From assembly GCA_973895155.1 (NCBI GenBank), contig OZ316895.1, positions 11,825,919 to 11,889,918 on the forward strand: a stretch of DNA of 64,000 bases, in the 5' to 3' direction. Position numbers and translations under genes: made by a program. This stretch comes from Marsupella aquatica (Eukaryota; Plantae; Marchantiophyta). Below the pieces are notes generated by a model. That model ran no database searches. It worked only from the letters and a program-made list of their open reading frames with translations, and had not been told where the DNA came from. Shown in pieces: positions 51,956-64,000 of the stretch. Numbering within the stretch: position 1 is the first letter of the stretch; each line of letters starts with the position of its first letter.

Positions 51956-53178
51956 TAGCAAGAAGCTCGGTGCTGTAGGCTGATACTCTGATCCTGATAG
52001 GGTTCATCCATTCTGGGAAAGGGTTTTCTTTACTAGTCCGTGAGACTGACCATCCCCTTGTATCCAAATTATAGGAAATTACACAACTGCTAAATGGATG
52101 AACTGGGAATTCGGAATCTAAGTGGAGAAATGAAGGTGACACCATTAGGCCGTGCAGTTGAGATCAGTTGCAGTGTGCTTCTTAAGTTCATGATGGTCAT
52201 CGACCTACCTGTTACTCAAAGACGGATAGTTTATTGAGAGTTTGCGATAATTAGCTACCAACAGAAGCCTTGAACCAGATTCGTTGTCTGTCCTACTAGA
52301 TGATGTGAATGTTTTGAGCCCAGGATATGAGCACACCCTGAGCACACCAAAAGTGTCTAGATTTACACCCCAAAACCCCCATCTAGCCATCCCCAAAATT
52401 GCAGTAAAAAACGCAAAGAATTGTGAAGGCTTTTTAAGATGGAGAAAAAACATCTTGACTCCCACTTACTAACACAGCAAGACATCTGTTTTACACCTAG
52501 CCACCCCAGATAGAAGCACAAAATACAATTTTGATTGGAGTAAAAACGCCTCTACTCCCAGTTGCTACAAATCCACTCCCCAGATTCTCTATATTAAGGG
52601 AAAGAGAAAAACCATCCTGACTCCCATTTGGCAACCATACCCCCAGACTACTGGTAAGTAGAACAACTGATCTGAACCAAAAACTATCCTTACTCCAATT
52701 TGCTAGTGAGCTGATGAACTGATGGTGAGTGATGGAACTTCAATTGACTGAGAAGCTACCGTCCTCTCTTGTTCTTAAGTGCCCTCTCTTTATCCAAGGG
52801 ATTCTTCTCTACTTATTTTCAGGTTCATCTTCTGTGTTGGTCACACCATTTGTGCTGACCCTCACAAAGCTATTAGGGATAAACCTATGATCGTCATTTA
52901 TAATTCAATTTAGTAATATTCGGTTGGGTCGTCTACTTTGCTACTACCCAAATCCACTCTGGCCCCTCCTGGATGGCTGCCCAACTCCCCCGTGCCCCCG
53001 GTGGAGGGTGGGCAAGGGTGTTGAGTTTAAATTGAAGACACTGATAACCTGGATTATGAAAACTGACACATGTTGACTTTGGACCATTCTAAGTTAACCA
53101 GAGTTACTTTGCTTAACCACTGGTTGAAAAAGGTGTAAATGTAATAATGAAACCAAAAAGAGTGGAAAGCATGCAATC

Positions 53179-53255
53179 TACATAATAAGTGCAATTGAAA
53201 GCTAGGATAAGGGCCTTTACATAATAAATGCAATTGAAAGCTAGGATAAGGGCCT
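53179..53255. repeat. Tandem duplication, 2 x 40 bp
   Basis: acataataa.tgcaattgaaagctaggataagggcct occurs twice. Confidence 0.9.
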
Positions 53256-54480
53256 CCAGTCCAGACTGAAGCCTCTAGACCATGACTATGGGGCACTGTA
53301 ATGAAAATTTTAATTTTTCACAGTGGCTAGAATTGCTAGAGTGAAAAGATTCTTGCAAAGCTCCCACATTGAGGTTAGTGGGACCAAAAAAAAGTGGCAA
53401 AGGAGTAAATCTCAAAACCCCCAAAACCTATGAAGCAAATCAAAATAAAGCAGCAAAGATTTAAACTTTTTCTTCGCTTCTTCAACCCACAAAATTTCTT
53501 CTGTCCATCTCTGCTCTCCTCCCAAGCTTCCCCACTCATCACTCATTCCCTCATTCACTCACTGCTCAACCCGAAATTCCTCGTGCTCCTATCTCTCACC
53601 CACGCGACTCTCTCAGGAAACAGCACACCGGCATCTCAATTGTCCCACTACTGCCCCTCTCATGGCCAGCGCTTCGGCATAGCCTTTCCTCGCTCCTGCC
53701 AGAAGAAGGATCTTGCTTCTCACGGCTCCGATCTGCTCGAGGTCCTACCAAGCTCGTGTGTTGGAGTCTTCCGGAAAACCGGGATTCGTAAGATTCGGGC
53801 TATGATGTCCATCGTTCTGTGCGATGGATTGGAGAGAATGATGCTTGGGCACTGTTGAATTGCCGGAGAATGCTTTGTTTGTGAGATCTCGCGTGCATAG
53901 GCGTTGGCAGTGGCCGATTTCTTTTAGGACGGTGGATTCTAGGGTTGATCTGTGATGCCGAGGATTTGATCTGGAAGGGAGCGATCGGGTGAGGGTGATG
54001 TGGGTCTGACTTGTGACCGGAGAATCTTCTTTACAGAGTAGCTGTTGTTGGTGTTGATCTCCAATTAGCGAGATGGCTGCCGGATCCTGTTATGAGGAGC
54101 GATCTCTGTGTTGTTGACTTGCGCTGTGGTTTGGTTGGATTGGTTTGAGTAGCGATCATCCAATTTAGGTCTTGAGGTGGAGGAGGAGAAGCGTCTTGCG
54201 GCGCAGTACGGATCATGGCCTGAGGATCTGTCTGTTGTTTTAGCGCTAGGCGGCACTCAGAGATTGGCGACTGACGGGGGCGTGTGTTGTGTGGAGTGTG
54301 ATCGTTGGGACGAGGATTGAGTGGGTGAATTGATTCACAGAATCATTGTTTGGTTGGGGTGGGGTTCATGGGATTTGGCGGTTTGGTCATGTGAATCTGT
54401 TTGTCTGACGAATTAGTATGGAACCGAATGAATTGTCGTTGTTTTGATTTGCTTCCACGTTCGCGAAAGACAATTTTGGA

Positions 54481-56841
54481 ATGGACGGGGCCAGGGTTCG
54501 AAAAGACTTCAGGATGGCAGCTTTGAATCTACTGCTGCTGCCTGTGTTGATGCTGTTGCACTCTCTAGGTATGCAAACTTCAATCTGTCGTTGTCACTTT
54601 GAAATAGGGTCCTACCGGCGTCCCGGATGGTGCTGGAGTGTCCTCTGCTGCCTCCTTGTAGGTGTCTGTAACTCGGATGTTTAGAAAATATGCTTCCTTG
54701 AGCCGTCAACTTGAAAAGCAATGCAATGATCCCCTGTTCTTCTCCGTTATCTCTCCCTGCCCCCATCGTTTCTGATTATAACTTTGTCCTACGGACAAGA
54801 TTATATCAACTTCATGCAAGTTGAACATGACAAACCCCTGTCTACGACCCTACCAAAAGAACTAGGGACTCATCACTACCCACCCACTTCGTCGACAGGA
54901 CGAAATTGTTAACTGTGGCAAATGGCCCATCAAATATATGTGACGGATTATCGAGACCACTCCACTTCTAGTGGCTAGATGGAAGAATCACAGATACCCA
55001 TTCAGTATCTGATCGTTTCTAACAACTCAGTTCTGTTAGTGAATGACAATCTTCTAGGGCAGCTAGGCAAGAATCTCAGCACATTGCAGTCTGTTTTCAG
55101 AGCCAAAGGAACCAGAATGCTCGAACCTTTTGGCTGCCCTCCATCACTGTCCGTGATGTTGTCGTTCATCTTTTCATTTCAGGTGCATCAGCTGATGGCA
55201 ACGTTACAATGGAGTCGTTGACTATTTACAGCACTCATGAATGGTTCGGAAATCCAATTGTATACTTCCGATGTCAGCACGAAAACAAGGTGTACTTGCC
55301 AGATGTTATTCACAAAGATCAGGACTACGTGTTCATGGGGCAAGAGTCCTGGCAGGTACAATTTAAGCTTGGCAGATCCTTTTACTACTTATTTCGAGTC
55401 ATTATTTGGGTGAGTAGCAGACGTGTTAGTTACGAGATGAAGAGATTTACACTCATGTGCATATCGGTTGGCAGCCTTTGACAACACTGCATGGAGAGAA
55501 ATGCAAGCGATGTGGCCTCTATGAGGAGGACACAATAAAGGGGGATGACACATTTATTGAAGGAGAACTATGCCCAACAGACTTCACTGCTTCCCCTGAG
55601 GCCCGATTCATACTTTTTAAAGAGAAGGAACTCAACGCTTCGCTATTTTGCCCTGATTGTGGCGTCCTTCCCGGTAAGCAACTTGATTACCAGCTCGAGG
55701 CTAGTCCCACCCCTGTTTGCTTGTCTTGCATTCTTGCATTCTTTCGGTCTGAAATTCGTATCTGCAAAGTAAGAAAGAAATGCTGCTGGTCGTTCCAAGA
55801 GCAGTGTAGAACAAGTATAGAGAGGAATCCTGCCACGGTTTGGGCAGGGGATAGCAATCTTGTAGACGTTTAGATCAACGTACTTCAGTATTCAGTATTC
55901 AGTTGTGCAATTATGCAATATCGGAGAATGTCAAGACTTGTAAGACCTGCATCAAGGTTTTGCCCGAGGGCAGAACAATGAGGAAGGGAAGAGTAAGGAA
56001 TGTTTCATAAAGGCATAATAAATCAGATTTGCGGTGCTGTGAAACATACAAGAAATAGATGCTGTAGGTATGACTGAGACTTTTATATGACGGAGCATAA
56101 CCAAGCAGTGCTTAAGAACATATCCATATCCAAGGTACCTATTCAGTGGAGTCTTGTTGACAATGACTTTCTTTCTAATCCTAGGTTTGGGTGATAGGAG
56201 AGAAAAAGGATGAAAGACAAGAAAATCATGAGATGAAAAGACGGCTGAGAGCTGATGTACATTTTTCCGCCTTTCCATATGGTGGGCACAAGTTATTGAA
56301 CTTTGAAATTACCTTTACAAGTGACTTGTACAGAAAATCCATTTTAGTTCATAACCTTACATGAAGTGGGGCATCTACAATCTATCCTTGTATACTTATC
56401 CATAAACTGTACTCTTCGTCATCATCAGAAAGCATCCAAAGAATGGTCAGAGTCCCCACTGTTGAGTGGCGTTGCAAGCCACGCAGCCTAATTTGCATTC
56501 GCTCAGGTTGAAGTGAAGTTGTGGTTTAGTCGATAGGGTCTGATCACCATGGATCGTCATCGTGGAAACCATATTCTTACTCTGGTTGGCGCTTTTGAAC
56601 AGGTGCAGGAGTTGCCGCTGGTCCTGATAATCCAGATGAGAATGAAAAGGATGATCACGGGGCAGGGCTTGCATTTTTAATCATCGTTCTAGTGTTCGTT
56701 GTTCTGTTTGCACTTGGCGTAGTAGCGTACACAAAATGGCGGCAAAAGCAGAGGAGAGATCAGCAAGCCCGGTTCGTTAAAATGTTTGAGGATGATGATG
56801 ATCTTGATGCTGAGTTGGGTTTGAAGGAGGATGATCTCTGA
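54481..56841 (+). CDS. Conserved plant single-pass membrane protein of unknown function (resembles the Arabidopsis At3g53490 family)
   Basis: Exons ~54481(or 54514)-54568, 55183-55355, 55475-55673 and 56603-56841. Signal peptide, then THEWF..PIVYFRC, GQESWQPLT, KCKRCGLYEED, a TM segment and QQARFVKMFEDDDD. Confidence 0.85.
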
Positions 56842-57820
56842 GCGTCATCCTCTGGGGGATTGGACCTGCATGAAGTTATTTGTGTTTAGTATCACGTCTG
56901 CCATGTTGAAAGCCAGGGCAGTGGGTTGAGGGTTTGGTGGAAATTCTGGATACAGATGAAGAGTTGAGCCAGGGCGGTTTTCCTAGGTGTTGATAATTGT
57001 ACAGTATTACGCAGATCTGTGGAGATTAGATCAATCTTGAAAGTTTTGTTGCAAAGGAATTCTTGCACAGGAACATCAATTAATTCGATAGAAGGCTCCT
57101 CATCAATTACCTCCTGCTGCATGTCGCACCCAGGGTGTGTCCTATTAGAAGGATATCCATTTTGAGTTGGAATGTAAGTGAGCAATAAGGTATATAGGAC
57201 TCTTTATCTTGACTCCTTTTGTGGCCTGCAAGTGACGTCGGCGAGCTCAGTATTAGTGGAGTCATTGCAATGTGTTTTGAGGCCAGGAGATCAACTCCAG
57301 TGCTTCTCCGGTGGTCGCGTCGTCAGTAATGGTCTCGATGTGTAATTGAATCTGATTGAATTAATAGTTACTTGGCACGGGTCCAACGTATGAGAAAGCA
57401 CGATGGAGGGTTGTATGTCGGCTGTATGTCCCTTTAATGACAAGAAGTCTACATGAATCAATACCTGTATGGGAGACCACCAGGTAGGGTGCAGTGAGAA
57501 TCTCATAACGAGTTGGTCACATAGTGATGGTTGTCTATACCCTACTCCTCTCCTGGACAGGGGAGATTTGTCTCTGGAAACTTCAAGTTGAAAAGAAGTG
57601 GATGGTGTTATTCCACATAAGATTTCAAGGCCCACATCCACAACCAAAGAAATGAACAAAAATCTCGAGGCGAGGCGAGGCAAGGAAATGAAATGAAAGC
57701 TGGTGTGATGGTAGTCAACAATATTTAAAGACAGGCGAGTGATGTAAAACTGAAATGAGTCGCGGGAGATAGATCATCATCGGTCACACATTTTCGGGGA
57801 GGTGCTAGATGTTGTGTATT

Positions 57821-58168
57821 TGTCTTGACGTAGCTTGCATGGGAGATGCACTCCACTCCATGGCAGACAATTTTGTTTCGGACTGAAATTAATTGTATGC
57901 CGAGGTCCCTGGCTTTCTTGATGTAGCTTGCATGGCAGATGCACCCAAAGGCAGACTATTTTGTTTCAGACTGAAATTAATTGTATGGTTAGGTCCCTGA
58001 CTGTCTTGATGAAGCTTGCTTGCATGGCGGATGCGCTCAAAGGCAGACAAATTTGTTTCGGACTGTAATTAATTGTATACCGAGGTCCCTGACTGTCTTG
58101 ATGTAGCTTGCATGGCAGATGTGCCCAAAGGTAGACAAATTTGTTTCAGACTGAAATTAATTGTATAC
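57821..58168. repeat. Minisatellite, 4 x ~90 bp
   Basis: tcttgatgtagcttgcatggcagatg...tgtttc.gactgaaattaattgtat repeated four times. Confidence 0.93.
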
Positions 58169-58269
58169 GTCCATGACCGTGTTCGCTACGATTTTCAGGT
58201 TGAGAGTTTGACGTTTATAACAGAATTGCCCGAAAAAAGATTTGCTTTTGGGGCTGGCTGTAATTGCAC

Positions 58270-58875
58270 ATATAAAAGCAGCATCATGTTGTGCCTGTGC
58301 CAAGTGGCATATGGTCCTGGGTTTAATGTATTTTGCATACCATGATAACCCCCAGTTGTTCGTTTGTATCCTCAACTGTTGTACCCTATTATTCTTTTAT
58401 ATCACCAAGTGTTTTATTTAGTAAACCCAATTGATATTTTATATCAGTGAATGTTGTACCTTCTATAGTGTATTGTGCTACGTGGCAAGGGCCCACAGAT
58501 TGACGATTTTTCATATCATGATAACCCCAATAATTAATATATATCACTGAGTGCCCAGTAATTAGCACATCTGTGGATTGTTGCCTTTTGGCCTGCTGGT
58601 TTCCCAGTGGGGTTCAGGCTGAATAAAATTTCAATTTTTTTAATGAAAAACGAAGAATGCAATTGCATATAAAATAGTAACATCATGTTGTGTTCTATGC
58701 CACAAGGCAAGTGCATTATAGCACCTCCTATGTTAAGTGGCAAGTGCACATAGGTTGAATGGATTTTACATACCAAGATGAACCAGATTATGCTTCAATA
58801 TCAGTGAGCCTATTGTTGTACCTTACTACGCTATGTGACAAGTGCACACAGATTGAGTGGATTTTTTTATATCAC
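58270..58875. repeat. Degenerate ~380-bp duplication with internal subrepeats
   Basis: catcatgttgtg at ~58282 and 58681; atatcagtga...tgttgtacctt at 58441 and ~58798. Confidence 0.6.
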
Positions 58876-59930
58876 TCTAAATCCAATTGTTCTTCTTCAA
58901 ATTAACCCATTTGAGCCACTTCATTTTGATGTGCAATTACCACATTCAGTTCCTGGACACCCCTTTTATGTACCTTCTTAGTGTCAGGTAGGGTTGTTGC
59001 TTTTTAATGTGCAATTAACACTCGTTCTTCGACACCCCCCAGCAATCACAGGAAACAGCTGGTTGTGCTTTCCTCCGAAACAAATGGCTTTTATCTTTAG
59101 CTTGGACGTCTCCTAAAGATCGAAGTACAACATCATTCTGTGCTTTCTTAAGACCTTCTAGATATGAGCAATTGTTCTTCAAAGGAGGCACGATCAAGAC
59201 CATACTAATTAAAGTCATGGCAGCATACATAGCAGAGCTGAGGCACAGTACTTGAGATAAATAGGCTCCAAATCCACACATTGATTAATCTTGTTGTGTG
59301 CTGTACGATAGTGTGAACACAACCTCTCAGGAGTACGCATGGAAGGCAAAACGATAGTCATTGTTTTAGTACGTAACGGGAGCGGTGCTGTGTCTAGAGA
59401 GTCCAGATAAGAAACGGTCTGTAGTCCTTCTCCCAGGAGATGAAGTGTTGAGCGCTTAATTGCCAAGGGTCGCGACTTTCTGCAACGTTTCGAAATTTTA
59501 TGTTGAGAACTTATCGTTGATCGCAAAGAAGCTCGATCGATCGAGTTCCCATGCACACCTCCTTCGGCCCCTACAGTAGAGATGACCCCGGAGATGACAT
59601 TCCTGGCTGGTTCAACAAAATGCACTTACTACCGGACTCCGCACCACGCAGGTGATTTCCTTCCGCCGATCGGATAGTTAAATTACATTACAGGGGGACG
59701 TCGAGTCTGTAGGGATATAGAACCACAATTATACACAATCATGCGTTGTCCTTTGGTCAAGATCACAAATCATTTATGCACGTGGCTGAAGAAATGATTG
59801 GTCACTCTTGTGAAATAATATTTCCGTCATCATCTTAACTGAATGAATGAAAGAATCTGAGAAAGGTGCATGAGGCTTCTCATATGGAGAGCCTAGGGGC
59901 TGCGGCCAAGAGGCCCGATATGCTCTCAAA

Positions 59931-62588
59931 ATGGCGGATTCGAAAGCCAACGGCCCTGAGTCTGAGGAAACCTCACAAGCCCCACAGCAAAGAAATAATG
60001 TAGAGGGTCAAAGTGAAATCTCCATCAAAGCGCAGGTTAGTGATCTTCCCCAACCTCCTGCAGATTCGCGACCAGGGGTGCCTAGAAATCGTAGCACTGC
60101 TGAGCTCAGAAAGGTCAAGAGCGCAAGGTTGGGCACTGCTCCTGACCTCGCCTTCGGAGATCTTGCGCACGCCAAGAGAGCACGTCCAATTGCACCCCCA
60201 ACTCCTTTCAAGCTGCGCCTCTCTGTTTCCTCTACGAATCCTTCAGTTGCTGCAAGCACAACAGGAGGCCACCAAGGCACCACATCGGTTGGTTCCACAC
60301 CAACCTTGTCACCAGGCCAGCCTCTAGCACGCCTTCGACCAAAATCCGCGACTCCTTCTGCTCCTCCAAGACCTGGCTCGTTCTTGTTCCGTTCATGCTT
60401 TGGAAGTTCACCAAGTCAAGCTTCACCCTCTGGTAAGTCACCATCCCCACCTCGCAAGCAGATTTCTCCATCGACCCGTCGTATAACTGTCGATCCCGGC
60501 AAGCCCGTGGTACCACCAGGGCAAGCCGAACACAACGCCCCTGTCCTGGATCCCGTAACTAACAAGCCCATAGCAATAGCAGTAGGAGAAACTAGTGAGT
60601 CGGCCACATCCAAATCTCCTTCATGCCGTTGCTCCATCCAAACTACAGAGGCAGAGAACGCCGCCGCAAAGACAGAAGAATCCGTTTCATCAGAGCCTCA
60701 TCAGGGTGCCAGTACTACAGCCGGCGACTCCGCCCCAACTATGAGTCAGGCAGAGAATGATCCCGGAATTTCCAGCGGGCAACAACTCGCATTGAATTCG
60801 GAACCTGAGACTCTGATTGCTGCTGTCAAACTAGCCGATGACGAAGAATCATCTCCGCAACCCTCTCCCGAATTATCTCGGCCATCAGCAGCTTCTGAAT
60901 CTCGGCCCTCTGGCAGTGGAGTGAGTCCCATTCGGGGGCTGCGCCCGAGCTACAGCGGAGAGTCACGTACTTCTTCAGGACGACGCCCAAGGGCCGACTT
61001 TACAGACGACGACGACCCGAGCCCTAGAGCCCGAAAGAGTCCGAACCAGGGAAGGTCTAGGTCACCACTGCCCCACAATCATGACAATTTCCAACCGCAA
61101 GCCACCAAAAGGGGCGTTGAGAGGTTGTTCGAGGCAATCCTAGGCTGTGAGGACAGTTTCCGTTCAAGCAAGGAGCAAGGTCTCTCTCAATCACCAAAAA
61201 GAATTCCCCGGAAGGTCGGGCGAGCAAACGCGTACAGGCGGAATTTCAGGCCGCAGCACGCATCAAACAGTCCGCAGTCGGCAGAACAAGATGACCAACA
61301 ATTGTATGAGAGCCCTAGAGGATCTGACCCTGCGCAGAGTCATATTCCTGCCCAGCCCAGCAGGAAGGTCGGGCGAGCAAACGCGTACAGGAGGAATTTC
61401 AGGCCGCAGTCGGCAGAACAAGAGAACCAACAATTCTATAAGGGCCCTAGAGGATCTGACCCTGCGCAGAATCATAGCCCCGCCGAGTGCAGCAGCACGG
61501 GTAGTAATCGCATGGCCTTTTCTGCTGGCGAGGCAAACCCCCCTCAGGCTGCAGGCAATAATAGAGGTCGCACCTTCTCTGATATGTCCGACTTACCTGA
61601 GACAAGCATGGTCAGAGGGCAGGAGTACCCCGATCAGAGCGGCGGGAGAGAGTACGTGAAAGAATCTGCTACATTTACAGACACCAGAGAAACACCATCT
61701 CCAAAAAGATTTCCCCGGAAGGTCGGGCGAGCAAACGCGTACAGGCGGAATTTCAGGCCGAAGCACGCATCAAACAGTCCGCAGTCGGCAGAACAAGATG
61801 ACAGACAATTGTATGAGAGCCCTAGAGGATCTGACCCTGCGCAGAGTCATATTCCTGCCCAGCCCAGCAGGAAGGTCGGGCGAGCAAACGCGTACAGGCG
61901 GAAATTCAGGCCGCAGCACGCATCAAACAGTCCGCAGTCGGCAGAACAAGATGACCCTGCGCAGAATCAGAGCCCCGCCGAGTCCAGCAGCACGGGTAGT
62001 AATCGCATGGCCTTTTCTGCTGGCGAGGCAAACTCCCCTCAGGCTGCAAGCAATAGAGGTCACACCTTCTCTGATCTGTCCGACTTACCTGAGACAAGCA
62101 TGGTCAGAGGGCAGGAGTACCCCGACCAGAGCGGCGGTAGAGAGCAGTTGAAAGAATCTGATAGATATATGGACCCCAGAGACGCGTTCAGTGCCCGACA
62201 GCAGCTGCGAGACGCTAGAGTGCTAGCCTCAGACATCCGATTTATGAAGAACGATCCACATCGCGAAACTAAATCGAGGAAAAACGATCCCCGTCGTCGT
62301 GGTCATCCGGATCCATCGTTCAATCCTAGGCCGGGGGACATCATCATCCGTGCGAGGAAGAGGGCCGGCCTCCGCCTCACGGATTTCTATTACTACGATA
62401 ACGAGAATTATATGGAACCTGGAGATCAGATTCTTCGAGCGAAGTTCGATTATTTGCCTCCAATGAGCAAGTTGTATTTGTGGTGTAGACTTTACGTGTA
62501 TAGCGCCAACAATACCTACACGTTTTTAGATTCCACCTCCGAGTCGATTGAGAAGTTCGGACCAGCAGCCTTGCCGTCGGAACTCTAA
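59931..62588 (+). CDS. Intronless 885-aa Ser/Pro/Arg-rich orphan protein with internal repeats
   Basis: 2.66-kb open frame starting aaaATGG. Internal 507-nt-offset duplication whose indels preserve the frame. Aromatic-rich C-terminal ~100 aa. Confidence 0.7.
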   Translation: MADSKANGPESEETSQAPQQRNNVEGQSEISIKAQVSDLPQPPADSRPGVPRNRSTAELRKVKSARLGTAPDLAFGDLAHAKRARPIAPPTPFKLRLSVSSTNPSVAASTTGGHQGTTSVGSTPTLSPGQPLARLRPKSATPSAPPRPGSFLFRSCFGSSPSQASPSGKSPSPPRKQISPSTRRITVDPGKPVVPPGQAEHNAPVLDPVTNKPIAIAVGETSESATSKSPSCRCSIQTTEAENAAAKTEESVSSEPHQGASTTAGDSAPTMSQAENDPGISSGQQLALNSEPETLIAAVKLADDEESSPQPSPELSRPSAASESRPSGSGVSPIRGLRPSYSGESRTSSGRRPRADFTDDDDPSPRARKSPNQGRSRSPLPHNHDNFQPQATKRGVERLFEAILGCEDSFRSSKEQGLSQSPKRIPRKVGRANAYRRNFRPQHASNSPQSAEQDDQQLYESPRGSDPAQSHIPAQPSRKVGRANAYRRNFRPQSAEQENQQFYKGPRGSDPAQNHSPAECSSTGSNRMAFSAGEANPPQAAGNNRGRTFSDMSDLPETSMVRGQEYPDQSGGREYVKESATFTDTRETPSPKRFPRKVGRANAYRRNFRPKHASNSPQSAEQDDRQLYESPRGSDPAQSHIPAQPSRKVGRANAYRRKFRPQHASNSPQSAEQDDPAQNQSPAESSSTGSNRMAFSAGEANSPQAASNRGHTFSDLSDLPETSMVRGQEYPDQSGGREQLKESDRYMDPRDAFSARQQLRDARVLASDIRFMKNDPHRETKSRKNDPRRRGHPDPSFNPRPGDIIIRARKRAGLRLTDFYYYDNENYMEPGDQILRAKFDYLPPMSKLYLWCRLYVYSANNTYTFLDSTSESIEKFGPAALPSEL

Positions 62589-62674
62589 GGAATTTCTAAA
62601 GTGGGAAACTTTCACGGGGAATCCAGGGAAACATCAAGGAGCAAAATTCTTGCGTTGCCAACAGGCCTGATTAG

Positions 62675-62852
62675 TGCCTGAACGTCGACCAATCTTGAGG
62701 TACTCTTTCGTCCAATGCCTCACTTGGTTTATTATTGCCTGAACGTCGACAAATCTTGAGGTACCTTTTCGTCCAATGCCTCACTTGGTTTATCATTGCC
62801 TGAACTTCGACAAATCTTGAGGTACCTTTTCATCCAATGCCTCCCTTGGGTT
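62675..62852. repeat. Minisatellite, 3 x 61 bp
   Basis: tgcctgaacgtcgac.aatcttgaggtac...tccaatgcctcacttggttt starting at 62675, 62736 and 62797. Confidence 0.93.
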
Positions 62853-64000
62853 TAAGAAGCGTAGTCTGCTACGTACGTACTCAAAGAGGTATCTGAGCCT
62901 GTATCTGACCAGACCAAATCTTCTGGAATCAAGCGGTTCGAGACCAATAGAGTTGGAATCGAGCTGATTCTAAACTCATTTTCGATGAGCTCAATCATAT
63001 CTCCTGAAATTTTAGAACTTTATTCTGATCACGGTGAATGTGTTCACCAGTTACGAGGCTTCTCACATCCAAATATGGGCTTCAGTTCCTTGGAGCTGAC
63101 CAGATCGGTACACTTTAGGACTAAATCTTAGCTAGCTGTGCACACCCCAGGCATGTAGACGGAACGCAGGAGTGGGTTAATTGGGTTTAAAATCCCAGTC
63201 CGGGGCTCGTTCCTCACCATCCACTAGCCTCCAGCAAATTAAAGGTGCCCAATTCAGAAGATTCTCAGCATATTATGTGTACTCTCTGTGGAAATTTCGA
63301 GGATGGATTTTTTGAGAACTAGCTCAATTCATTCATGCAGGTCAAACTTGATGCGGAATGTTCAGCATATCTCTGAGAACTGGTTCGAATTATGACCTGG
63401 TTCAACAAAATATGACCCACATCCTGGTCAATGCTGGGGAAAATTTAACAAAAGCTCTGAGATTATTCGATCTTGTTGTTGGGACGGCTATAATTCTTTT
63501 ATTGCACAATCTTTGGTCAGTATATCTGATCCGCAACAATAGCCATGTGAATAGTAGAGCCACGAATTAATTTAACATGATTTTGCGTGATAGTCCTCAT
63601 TTAACACCCTTTAAGGCATCCTGGTTTAAGCTACAGACTCGCAGTTGTAGAGAAACGCTGGGGGGAGTCACCACTCTCAGTCTCTTCAGACTCTCAACTC
63701 ACAGACCGTCAAAGTTACATCGATCAAGATTGTCTGTAGCTAGCAGAATCTCTGGTCAGCCTGCTGAGAGTATATGAAAAGCTAATTCCAGGGAAGTCAA
63801 ATCAGGCCTGCGGTAAGGGAACCCCCTGAGATAAAATCAAGGGTTGTATTTTTCAGTCCGAGACAAGTTTGAGAAAATTCACCACAAGATGGAACAATTT
63901 TCATATCATTGGATAAAGAGCACAAATTTGAAAGTGACTGACTGATCGATGTAGTCACAGACTGGACTTCCACTTTCGTTTTAGTGGCAGCCGATGACTC

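Overview
Eukaryotic, intron-rich land-plant DNA, most consistent with a bryophyte/liverwort-type genome (the taxon is inferred, not proven). No CRISPR, rRNA or prokaryotic operon is present. Five spliced genes can be assembled by hand: an LRR-VIII-1/HPCA1-like receptor kinase (-), an RWDD4-like protein (+), a PAT10-like DHHC S-acyltransferase (-), ALG3 (+, with a U12-type intron) and a conserved single-pass membrane protein (+). Two further genes are intronless: an S1/P1 nuclease (-) and an 885-aa low-complexity orphan (+). The most unusual region is about 17-30 kb. There, the intronless nuclease sits just downstream of a mosaic of captured gene fragments (an inverted copy of the neighbouring RWD exon, a rearranged eIF3d pseudogene and other pieces). 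Next to it, a young CRE-clade (restriction-like endonuclease) non-LTR retrotransposon with a 7-bp TSD and an apparent T-rich tail is inserted antisense into an older copy of its own family. The window also holds two more decayed CRE copies, three TSD-flanked copies of a tRNA-like SINE, several minisatellites and hairpin clusters. Exon and repeat boundaries were read by eye and may be off by a few bases.
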